Assembly: GCA_963665095.1 (NCBI GenBank)
Contig: OY762069.1
Span: 5,632,001-5,696,000 of the forward strand
DNA from: an uncultured Desulfobacter sp.
GTDB lineage: Bacteria; Desulfobacterota; Desulfobacteria; Desulfobacterales; Desulfobacteraceae
Direction of reading: 5' to 3'
Length of the DNA stretch: 64,000 nt
Below are positions 29,409 through 38,656 of the stretch, piece by piece. The notes beneath the pieces were generated by a model that saw nothing but the letters and a program-made list of their open reading frames with translations, ran no database searches and was not told where the DNA came from. A program made the position numbers and the translations under genes. The stretch's first letter is position 1, and every line of letters begins with the position of its first letter.

Positions 29409-30808
29409 TCCACAGGAAAACAACGCCTGAAGAACTGGCCCTGGTGCTTGAAGAAGGGGAAGGCTACACCCTGGAATTCAAACAGAATGTAAATGCTGAT
29501 CTGGCAAAGGAACTTGTGGCCTTTGCCAATGCCTCCGGCGGCCGGATTTTGATCGGTGTCAATGATGACAACCGGATTGTGGGCTGCAAATTCTCAAATG
29601 TCCTTTTTTCCAATATCGAAACCATGGCATCGGCCTGTGATCCGCCGGTGACCATCTTCATTGAGAAACTACCGGATCAAAAAATCATTGTCATCCATGT
29701 GCCTGAAGGGGCCAACCGCCCCCATCGATGCACCAAGGGGTTTTATTTAAGAAACGGTGCCAGCTCCCATAAGATGAGTACCGCCGACATCACCGCTTTT
29801 ATCCAGTCCGAAGGAAAGGTCCGGTTTGATCAGCAGCTCAGAATGGACCTGGATTGGAAAGAGGTGCTTGACCCATCCCGCCTGGAACACTTTTTGTCTC
29901 TCACCGGCATTACCCAGAGAACAGATGCTCAAAACCTGCTGTTCAATCTCGGGGCGGGTGATGAAAAAGAGGGCCGGTTCTACCTGAACCAGACCGGTAT
30001 CCTCTTTTTTGCCAAAGATCCGGCCGCAAGACAGCCCTTTGTCAATGTGGTCTGCGCCCTGTTTAAAGGCACCACCAAAGCCTATATCCTGGACCGCAAG
30101 GAACTTGCCGGCAATATTCTTGAAAATGTTGAAGATGCCCTGCTGTTTTTAAAAAAGCATCTCCAGCTTCGATGGGAGATCACCAGCGACAGCCCCCGCC
30201 GCCGGGAGATCCTGGAGCTGCCGGAAGTGGCCCTGCGTGAAGCCGTGGTCAATGCCGTCTGCCACCGGGATTATTTTGAGCAGGGCGCCCAGGTTATGGT
30301 GGAAATTTTTGATGACCGGGTGGAGATCCACAACCCCGGCGGTCTGCCAAGAGGGTTGCCGGAAAAGGATTTCGGCAAACGAAGTGTCTGCCGCAACCCC
30401 AATATCGCAGCCCTGCTGTTACGGTGCGACTATATTGAAAAGATGGGCACCGGCATTGAGCGCATCTATGACGCCCTTAAAAATGAAAACTGCCCCCCGG
30501 TAAAAATCGAATACGACAGGTTGTTTTCCCTTGTATTTTCAAGGCCAAGTTATATAACCCCACGGGATGCGGAAAAAACTAGGGACAAACCTGGGGAGAC
30601 CCCCCGGGAGAAAACTAGGAAGAAAACCCGGGAGCTCATCCTTGAGTTAATCCGTAAAACGCCGGATATCACCATGGCACGGCTGGCTGAACAGACCGGG
30701 CTGACACCCAAGGGCATCGAATGGCAGATTGCACAGCTCAAAAAAAACGGGCTTCTTGAGCGGGTGGGGCCGGATAAAGGCGGGTACTGGAAAATAAAAG
30801 AGAGCTAA
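29405..30808 (+). CDS. Schlafen/AlbA_2 domain + HATPase-like (RecG-C type) + HTH protein
   Basis: EGEGYTLEFKQ..VAFANASGG.ILIGV; LREAVVNAVCHRDY, NPGGL, RNP, EKMGTG; C-terminal HTH ending RVGPDKGGYW. Confidence 0.88.
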   Translation: MIHRKTTPEELALVLEEGEGYTLEFKQNVNADLAKELVAFANASGGRILIGVNDDNRIVGCKFSNVLFSNIETMASACDPPVTIFIEKLPDQKIIVIHVPEGANRPHRCTKGFYLRNGASSHKMSTADITAFIQSEGKVRFDQQLRMDLDWKEVLDPSRLEHFLSLTGITQRTDAQNLLFNLGAGDEKEGRFYLNQTGILFFAKDPAARQPFVNVVCALFKGTTKAYILDRKELAGNILENVEDALLFLKKHLQLRWEITSDSPRRREILELPEVALREAVVNAVCHRDYFEQGAQVMVEIFDDRVEIHNPGGLPRGLPEKDFGKRSVCRNPNIAALLLRCDYIEKMGTGIERIYDALKNENCPPVKIEYDRLFSLVFSRPSYITPRDAEKTRDKPGETPREKTRKKTRELILELIRKTPDITMARLAEQTGLTPKGIEWQIAQLKKNGLLERVGPDKGGYWKIKES

Positions 30809-30817
30809 GAAAACACC

Positions 30818-32488
30818 ATGCTTCAACATAATCCTGAATTAAAATCACAGATCGAACATCTCTGGAACAAGTTCTGGGCCGGCGGGATATCCAATCCCCT
30901 TACGGCCATCGAGCAGATCACCTATCTGCTGTTTATGAAACGGCTGGATCGAATTGAAGAGGATCAGGAACGCAACTATAATGATGGCTGGATCGAGGAC
31001 TTTAATCCCAGATTCCAGGGAACCTGGGTGCCGCCCGAGCACAGGGACAAGCCTGAAGAGGATCAGAGACCCCATAAGGTGGATCGCAGTACCCTGCGCT
31101 GGAGCCATTTTAAGCGGATGAAAGCCGAAGAGATGCTGGCCCATGTCCAGACAAAGGTGTTCCCGTTTTTAAAGGACATGAACGGGGCGGAATCCGGCTT
31201 TACCCATCACATGAAAAATGCCGTGTTCATCATCCCCAAACCCATGCTGCTGGTGGAAGCGGTCAAAACCATTGATGAAATTTTCCGGATCATGGAAAAG
31301 GATTCATCGGACAAAGGCCAGGCATTCCAGGATATCCAGGGGGATGTCTATGAGTACCTGCTCTCTGAAATCGCCTAGGCCGGGAAAAACGGGCAGTTTC
31401 GAACCCCCCGCCACATCATTAAATTGATCGCAGAACTGGTCCGGCCCCAACTTGGAAACCGGATCGGGGATCCGGCATGTGGCACGGCCGGCTTCCTTCT
31501 CGGCGCCTATCAATACATCGTGACAGACCTGGCAATGAAAAAGGGGCGACAGGGTCTAAAACCGGATGAGGACGGCTTTATCAGAACCTCAGTCAGTGCT
31601 GCCTATGACCAGGATTCAAAAAAGATCCTGGACCAAAGCCTTTACGGCTATGATATCGACAGCACCATGATCCGTCTGGGAATGATGAACCTGATGATGC
31701 ACGGCATTGACGAGCCGTTGCTGGATTACAAGGATACCCTGAGCAAAGGGTTTAACGAACCCAACCAGTACCAGGTCATCATGGCCAATCCGCCTTTTAC
31801 CGGCTCCATTGACAGGGGGGACATCAATGAGGAATTAACCCTGTCCACCACCAAAACCGAACTCCTGTTTGTGGAAACCATGGTGCGGATGCTCAGAAAA
31901 GGGGGCACGGCCGGTGTTATCGTACCCCAGGGGGTACTGTTCGGCTCGGGCAAAGCCTTTGTGGCGGCCAGGAAAATCTTAGTGGACCTCTGTGAACTCA
32001 AAGCCGTCATCACCATGCCCAGCGGGGTGTTCAAACCCTATGCCGGGGTCAGCACCGCCATCCTGGTCTTCACCAAGGTCTATGACAAGGAGGATAAGGT
32101 CACGGAACCTGCCACCCAAAACGTCTGGTTCTATGAAATGGAGTCAGACGGCTATTCCCTGGATGACAAACGAAACAAGCTTGATACGTCAGGCGATCTT
32201 CAGGATATCGTGGCCAAATTCAGTGCCCGTGATCCTGATAAAGACACGGACCGCAAAAACCCCAAAGGCTTTTTTGTTCCCTACCAGGAGATCAAGGATG
32301 AGAAGTATGATCTGTCTCCCAGCCGGTACAAGAAGATGGTGTTTGAAGAAATTGAATATGAAAAACCGTCAGAGATTCTGGACCGGCTGATTGCCAATGA
32401 AGTGGGGGAGATGGATGAGAAGGATCTGGCCAAGGTCGAGAAAGGGATTGTGCGGGAGTTATTGGAGTTGAAAGGGATGGTGGGATGA
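30818..32488 (+). pseudogene. hsdM: Type I methyltransferase subunit M interrupted by one in-frame TAG (31376-31378)
   Basis: Continuous frame LSEIA*AGKNGQFRTPRHII; DPACGTAGFL; NPPF. Confidence 0.9.
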
Positions 32489-34029
32489 AGCTTGTTAAAT
32501 TGGGAGAACTATTTAATATTTCTTCAGGAGGCACTCCAAGTCGAAAAAATATGGAATACTATGAAGGTGGTACCATCCCATGGGTCAAGACGAGCGACTT
32601 GAAAAGCAAAGTTATTTTAGAAACACCTGAAAAAATAACTTCCTTGGGGTTGAAGTATTCTTCTGCAAAATTGTTTCCACCAAAAACAGTTTTGGTTGCA
32701 ATGTATGGCGCTACAATCGGGGCTTGCGCAATATTAGATGCACAGGCTTCAACGAATCAAGCCTGTGCAGCATTTTTACCAAATGAAAAAGCTAACGAAG
32801 AGTATCTTTATTACTATTTTAAGGCTATTCAAAATCAACTAGTTTGGTTGGGACAGGGAGGTGGCCAACCAAATATTTCTGCAAAAATTTTAAAAGCAGT
32901 GAAAATACCTATTCCAGATAAGTTTGGCGACCAAACTAGAATCGCCACCCTACTGTCCAAAGTCGAATCTCTGATTGCCAAACGCAAAAAGAGCATCGCA
33001 GATCTGGATGAGCTGTTGAAAAGCACTTTTGGGGAGATGTTTTCCATAAAAGGTGAAGGATTTAAGAAGTGGGAAATAGATAATCTCTCAAAGCATTCTG
33101 AAATTGTTTCAGGCGTCGCAAAAGGGAAGAAATATAACAAAACAAAATTGATTGAAATTCCATATTTGAGAGTCGCAAACGTCCAAGATGGCTTTTTAAA
33201 TTTAGATGAAGTGAAAACAATTTTTGTTTCTGAACGTGAAATAGAGAAATGTCTGCTTCGGTCTGGTGATGTTTTGCTCACTGAAGGTGGAGATCCAGAT
33301 AAATTAGGAAGGGGCTCTGTGTGGGAGGGACCAATTGATGGTTGTATTCATCAAAATCACATATTCCGGGTTAGAATCAATAATAACAAAGTGTTAAATC
33401 CTAAATATTTAAGCGGGCTTATTGGTTCGGTTTATGGAAAATCTTATTTTCTAAAATCAGCAAAACAAACTACCGGAATAGCATCAATCAATTCGACACA
33501 ATTAAAGAAATTCCCAGTAATTTTACCCCCTATCAATCTCCAAAATAAATTCGCTGACATCGTTGAGAAGGTCGAAAGCCTAAAAGAAAAATACCAGAAA
33601 ATCCTCAACGATTTTGAAAGCCTGTATGGTGCACTGAGCCATAAGGCCTTCAAGGGGGAATTGGATCTGACCCGAATCCCGGTGGTGCATGACCTGGGAG
33701 TAGAGAGTGGATTGGGATTTGAGACAATAGTTGGAGAATTGACCGTCCAAGGGAAATCGGACAAAGCCCCGGAAACCCGGGAACAGGTCCTGCACCGCCT
33801 GTTTAAGGGGTTTATATCCGATGCGAAAAATGGCGCACTGTCCCTGGACGATTTTTGGCTGGAAGCAGAGGAAAAGCTTATTGATGTCATGGATGAAGAT
33901 GAACCGTCCCTGGGCGTGGCCGATTATGACCGGGTCAAGGACTGGCTCTTTGATATGCTGGCCCAGGGCAAGGTTTCCCAGGTGTTCAACGAACAGGAAA
34001 ACCGCATGGAGATTCGGCCTGTCCCATGA
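32485..34029 (+). CDS. hsdS: Type I specificity subunit S with ~120-aa C-terminal extension
   Basis: SGGTPSR, TNQA, GGQPNIS, second TRD, PPINLQNKFA, KAFKGEL, then an extra domain. Confidence 0.93.
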   Translation: MKLVKLGELFNISSGGTPSRKNMEYYEGGTIPWVKTSDLKSKVILETPEKITSLGLKYSSAKLFPPKTVLVAMYGATIGACAILDAQASTNQACAAFLPNEKANEEYLYYYFKAIQNQLVWLGQGGGQPNISAKILKAVKIPIPDKFGDQTRIATLLSKVESLIAKRKKSIADLDELLKSTFGEMFSIKGEGFKKWEIDNLSKHSEIVSGVAKGKKYNKTKLIEIPYLRVANVQDGFLNLDEVKTIFVSEREIEKCLLRSGDVLLTEGGDPDKLGRGSVWEGPIDGCIHQNHIFRVRINNNKVLNPKYLSGLIGSVYGKSYFLKSAKQTTGIASINSTQLKKFPVILPPINLQNKFADIVEKVESLKEKYQKILNDFESLYGALSHKAFKGELDLTRIPVVHDLGVESGLGFETIVGELTVQGKSDKAPETREQVLHRLFKGFISDAKNGALSLDDFWLEAEEKLIDVMDEDEPSLGVADYDRVKDWLFDMLAQGKVSQVFNEQENRMEIRPVP

Positions 34030-35753
34030 TCCTTTTACGGTTGAAAATAAACGAGCCGTTCCGCTGCCTGCAACAGGGATTTGAGCTCTATTTTCAAACC
34101 GAATGGGATCGAAGCGAAAGCCGGGGAGACTTTGCCCCGTATGTGCTTGCCGGGCCCAACGGCAGCGGGAAATCCAATGTGCTTGAAGCCCTGGCCGCCA
34201 TTTTTTACCATTTGGCGTGCCAGTATCTGGCCATCCGGCCCCAAGGGTTTGATTATGACGAAGAGGAGAATCCCCAGGGGTTCCGGGACGAGAAAGCCGT
34301 GCCCGATGCCTTTGAACTGGAGTATCTGACCTTCCCGCCGGTGAGTCCGGAATACGGGGATCAAAAGGTGCTGGTCCATATCAAAATCGTCAAGGTGCCC
34401 GGCAGCAGCGCCAGGATGTACCTGCTCAATCATCCGGATGTGGATGCGGACAAGCCCCTTCCAAGAACCGAGGCCGCCGAAATGCTGCCGGAATATGTCC
34501 TGGCCTATTCATCCGGAGAAAATGAGATTTTAAGCCTCCCGTTTTTTAAGATGCGGTTCATCAATTATGATGCTTACCTTTATCATCTTGTCCGGCAGTC
34601 GGATTATCCCGGCATTGAAGGCCGTATGGCCTTTCTGGATACCCAGATGAGCCAGGCCGTCCTGATCTGCAATTTTCTGTTCCAGGATAAAGAGGCCCTG
34701 GCCCCATTCCAGCTGGATGTGGGCGTGGAAGGTTTGAAACAATTTCGGATCATCATCCGGCAGCACCATCGTGTGGCATATGATTATGAGGCGATAAAAG
34801 ATTTCAAGGGGTCAATATCTGAGTTTCGGTCCGATGCCATGGTCGAATTAACAACCGGGTTGAAAAAAATATCTCATCTCAAAGACGGATCAATCCGGAA
34901 AATCGGCATCATTGACCGGTTGACCCACTGCGCGACCTGTTCATTTTACGATGATGAAACCGATTCCCTGATTCTGGATTACTGGGTGACGCCGGAAACC
35001 AGAACGGCATTTAAAAATCATTTTTCCGGTATACTAGATCTGTTCCAAAGCTTCCAGGCCCTGATCTTTTTGAACCTGTATTCGGTCAGCGATGCGCTGA
35101 AAAAAGATCTGTACAGATCCCAGAGTCTTTATTTGAATGAGACGGTACCGGTGCTGCCGTTGGATGAGCGGATCATCCGATTTGAAGATCTGGTCCTGTT
35201 CAAACAAGGGGTGACTGATCCTGTTTATGCCAAATCTCTTTCTGACGGGGAACATCAATTTCTGCATACCCTGGGGCTATGCCTGCTGTTCAAAGATAAA
35301 AATGCGCTGTTTCTGCTGGACGAGCCGGAAACCCATTTCAATCCGGACTGGCGGTCAAAGTTGATTTCACGGATCAGGGATTGTTTTGCCTTGTCCCGTC
35401 CAAAGACCATCCGGGAGATGCTGATTACCACCCATACCCCGTTTCTGATATCAGACAGTGAGCCTGAGAAAGTGATGGTGTTTAAAAAAGAGAACCAGGC
35501 CGTCACGGTTAAAAGACCCGATTACAATACACTGGGTGCTTCCATCAACAAAATCACCATGAAAACCTTTGATAAAAAAGAGACCATCGGCGGTTATGCC
35601 CAGAAGATTTTGAATGAGTTGAAGGAACGATTTAAAACCGGAGAAGACAAAGAAACGCTTCTTGAAGAGGTCAACCAACTGTTAGGGGATTCCATCGAGA
35701 AGGTTCTTTTTACCAAAACCCTGCTTGACAGTATGGAAAAGGATAAACGCTGA
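34026..35753 (+). CDS. Restriction-system-associated ABC-type ATPase (PtuA-like)
   Basis: GPNGSGKS, LSDGEHQ signature, LLDEPETHFNP, ITTHTP. Confidence 0.9.
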   Translation: MILLRLKINEPFRCLQQGFELYFQTEWDRSESRGDFAPYVLAGPNGSGKSNVLEALAAIFYHLACQYLAIRPQGFDYDEEENPQGFRDEKAVPDAFELEYLTFPPVSPEYGDQKVLVHIKIVKVPGSSARMYLLNHPDVDADKPLPRTEAAEMLPEYVLAYSSGENEILSLPFFKMRFINYDAYLYHLVRQSDYPGIEGRMAFLDTQMSQAVLICNFLFQDKEALAPFQLDVGVEGLKQFRIIIRQHHRVAYDYEAIKDFKGSISEFRSDAMVELTTGLKKISHLKDGSIRKIGIIDRLTHCATCSFYDDETDSLILDYWVTPETRTAFKNHFSGILDLFQSFQALIFLNLYSVSDALKKDLYRSQSLYLNETVPVLPLDERIIRFEDLVLFKQGVTDPVYAKSLSDGEHQFLHTLGLCLLFKDKNALFLLDEPETHFNPDWRSKLISRIRDCFALSRPKTIREMLITTHTPFLISDSEPEKVMVFKKENQAVTVKRPDYNTLGASINKITMKTFDKKETIGGYAQKILNELKERFKTGEDKETLLEEVNQLLGDSIEKVLFTKTLLDSMEKDKR

Positions 35754-36916
35754 TGCTGTTTCCGTACGTCTATGTCCCGCACCCCATGGAAATTCTGAAG
35801 CATTTTTTAGATTTTATTTTTTTTGAAGTCTGGTGCAAGGCGCCTGTGTCCGGCCCCTATAATTTTGACCTGTTTGATGACCTGCCGGAATTAAAAGAGC
35901 TGATGGAAAAATTTCATTATTCCGACACAAACGGGGCGGACTTTTTCAACGGGCATGTGGAGCGTATCTATCAAATTTTTTCAAAGCTTACCAATGCTCA
36001 GATTACGCAACTGGCCTCATGGTATGAGGCGAATAATGAAATTGAAAAAATTTGTTGTAATGATCCGTCTGTTTCAACGGTCCGGTACAGCGAACTGGAA
36101 GAGTTCCACCCCGAACTTGCAGGGCAGATCTCCGGATTTTTTAAAGGGCTTTACTCTCAAAAATTAATAGGTCTGGCTGCTGTAAGAGATAAGATTGGAA
36201 GCATAGATGATCACTACCACGCCTTTATGACCAAAAATAAAAAGGGTAAATGCCCCTTTTGCGGCATTCGTGGTGTTAAAGGCGTTTATCACAGCAAAAG
36301 AGAGGCATATGATCATTACCTGCCCAAAGGCATCTACCCGTTTAATTCGCTCAATTTTAAAAATTTGGCACCGGCATGCAATGAATGCAACAGTTCTTAT
36401 AAACTCACTAAAGATCCGGTAAATAACCCGAAAGATCCTTTGTTAACCCAAGCAAATGGCAATCGGAAAGCATTTTATCCCTACGCGGCCAATTCCCATA
36501 AAATTGAACTGAGCCTGAAATTGAAATGCGAGGATTTGAATAACATAACTCCCCAGGATATCGAAATAACCTTTGGGCCGGAGCAATTGCGGGAACAGAT
36601 CAATACCTGGGAGGATGTCTATGGAATCAAGGAACGATATAAAGCCCAATGCTGTGCAGAAAACGACGGCAAATATTGGATAGAGCAAGTCCTTGATGAG
36701 TGGAATGAAGACAACCGAAAACCAGATGATTTCTTAAAAATACTCTCCAGAAACACCGAGAAATCCCCATACGCCGAAGCAAATTTTTTAAAAGAACCCT
36801 TTCTGAGGGCTTGCAACGAGGCTGGATTGTTTGAACAAACAATAATTCAATCAGTTGAAAAACCAACTTATTCAAATCTGCTTCCAGAAGAATTCTCAAT
36901 TTCCCCAGGGGGGTGA
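35753..36916 (+). CDS. HNH-type endonuclease (PtuB-like)
   Basis: CPFCG...YDHYLPK...NLAPACNECNS; TGATG coupling to the ATPase gene. Confidence 0.8.
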   Translation: MLFPYVYVPHPMEILKHFLDFIFFEVWCKAPVSGPYNFDLFDDLPELKELMEKFHYSDTNGADFFNGHVERIYQIFSKLTNAQITQLASWYEANNEIEKICCNDPSVSTVRYSELEEFHPELAGQISGFFKGLYSQKLIGLAAVRDKIGSIDDHYHAFMTKNKKGKCPFCGIRGVKGVYHSKREAYDHYLPKGIYPFNSLNFKNLAPACNECNSSYKLTKDPVNNPKDPLLTQANGNRKAFYPYAANSHKIELSLKLKCEDLNNITPQDIEITFGPEQLREQINTWEDVYGIKERYKAQCCAENDGKYWIEQVLDEWNEDNRKPDDFLKILSRNTEKSPYAEANFLKEPFLRACNEAGLFEQTIIQSVEKPTYSNLLPEEFSISPGG

Positions 36917-36994
36917 TTTACCCAAACCCGACAGTCACCGACAAAAAACGATGGCTGCCGGGTAGATGTTAGGCCTTGTCTCTTTATTTGTATG

Positions 36995-37132
36995 GAATCT
37001 CAAAACAATTTTTTAGTCCAACTTTTGCGTTGGATGGAAGTTTTTATCCTCGGAATATTCTGTATATGCCTGCGGTTAAAATTTCCATCCGTCTTGAATT
37101 TGAACCAAATTCTTTATTTTTAAATAGCTTCT
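36995..37132. repeat. Palindromic intergenic element (ends approximate)
   Basis: Inner IR ggatggaagtttttatcctcgg / cctgcggttaaaatttccatcc (37032..37090). Confidence 0.6.
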
Positions 37133-37230
37133 ATAAACATTCCAAAAACTCTTTTGCCCCAAGTGAAAGCGAACGCTTTTCTTCGATTCTGTGCGTTGCA
37201 AAAAATTAGCGCCGAATGTTCTGACTTACG

Positions 37231-37566
37231 GTGTCGGGGGGGGATACCAATATTGCCAAGGTAATTACGCCGTATCAGCTTTTTACGGCTGACGGATATT
37301 CCCAGGAGTATATCCGGGGTAAAATCGCACAGAATGGCTCAACTGAAAATCTTGATATTGTATCTAATACCCAAATTCCCCATAACTATGAGACTGCTGA
37401 TATAATTACCGGTGACACCGGGTGGGTGTGGGCTCAGTGGACGGAAGTCAGCAATCCTGTTCCGGAGCCTGCCACAATAATCCTTTTGGGTGTTGGCCTG
37501 CTGGGGGCCGCAGGTTTTTCCAGAAAAGAGACAAACCGTGTGTATGAAAATGAACAGGCGATGTAA
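37231..37566 (+). pseudogene. C-terminal fragment of a PEP-CTERM protein
   Basis: NPVPEPATIILLGVGLLGAAGFSRK; no signal peptide or clear RBS. Confidence 0.65.
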
Positions 37567-37633
37567 CTGGACACTTTTAATTTTTCTGATGGTCCCATGC
37601 CATTGATGTAACTTTCACCCGGCAGCGACCGAC

Positions 37634-38566
37634 TCAAAGTCGATAACTGCCGGGCTGAATGTTAAGCGCAATCTCTTTATTTGTTGGGAACTTTATATAC
37701 TTTGCCCCAGTAGGGGCGTTGTTCTGATCATCCACAGCTGTGATATAGACAAATTTTTCATCGGGAGAAAATGTCAGATTCGGGGCTGCCGGGGAGGGGA
37801 CATCCAGGGTTCTGATCAGTTTTTTGTCCGGGGAGACCACAAGAATCCTGCCCTTGCTGTACTGGCCGATGTAAAGATTGCCCTTGCTGTCAACTTTGAT
37901 GCCGTCGGGATAGGCAAAGGGGCCTGAATCCGGATCAACCTGGCCCACCCGAACGAATAGCCGTCTGTCTGATAAGACGCCATCTTTACCCACTGCAAAC
38001 TGAATCACACGACCGGCCTCGGATTCGGCAAGGTAAAGTGTTTTGCCGTCACTGGAAAGGGCCACGCCATTGGCATAGTGAAGATCATCCGCCACCATCC
38101 GGATGCTGGCTTTTGAATTCATGTAGTAAAGCTTTCCCACGATGGGATCACTCTCCCAGGGGCCGGAAGCCGTAAAATAAACACCGCCTTTTTTGTCCAT
38201 GGCAAAGTCATTGGGACCCTGGAATGCGCCGCCGGCATCATCTTTTTTGTAAAGGGCGGCTGTTTTTCCTTGGGAAGAAACCCTGGCGATGGCACCGCTG
38301 TCGTAACAGGTGACCAGAAAGTCACCGGAATCAAGCCGGACCACGGCAGATGGCCCGCAGCCGTCCATTTTCCAAAAGGGTTCATTGGTTTTACCGTCCC
38401 AGGTGGTAATGGTCTGGGACCCGTATTCCACATAGAACAGTTTTCCCTGGTGCCATAGCGGGCCTTCGGGAAATCCTGCTTTGGGATTAATCACCTCGGG
38501 GCTTTGGGCCCAGGATCCGGTGGCAAACAATACAGAAGCGAGCAGAGTGCATACAAACGTTTTCAT
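37634..38566 (-). CDS. Secreted SMP-30/gluconolactonase-family beta-propeller; probable frameshift near the C-terminus
   Basis: Signal peptide, FPEGP, GPND, YANG, YPDG motifs; GAGGAG RBS. Confidence 0.88.
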   Translation of the reverse strand: MKTFVCTLLASVLFATGSWAQSPEVINPKAGFPEGPLWHQGKLFYVEYGSQTITTWDGKTNEPFWKMDGCGPSAVVRLDSGDFLVTCYDSGAIARVSSQGKTAALYKKDDAGGAFQGPNDFAMDKKGGVYFTASGPWESDPIVGKLYYMNSKASIRMVADDLHYANGVALSSDGKTLYLAESEAGRVIQFAVGKDGVLSDRRLFVRVGQVDPDSGPFAYPDGIKVDSKGNLYIGQYSKGRILVVSPDKKLIRTLDVPSPAAPNLTFSPDEKFVYITAVDDQNNAPTGAKYIKFPTNKEIALNIQPGSYRL

Positions 38567-38619
38567 TTTTGATCTCCTCTCATAGGGTCTGCGGGTTAGG
38601 GGCAGGTTAGATCCCATTT

Positions 38620-38643
38620 AAAAGCCCGGGCTTTCGGCCCGGG
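38620..38643 (-). terminator. Intrinsic terminator after the mttB/dpp operon
   Basis: cccgggc-tttcg-gcccggg stem with a T tract on the minus strand. Confidence 0.6.
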
Positions 38644-38656
38644 GCGTTGCCTTGAT

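Noticed and set aside
30818..32488. hsdM as two separate genes
   Set aside because: Same frame, and the conserved GQFRTP motif lies between the two predicted ORFs.
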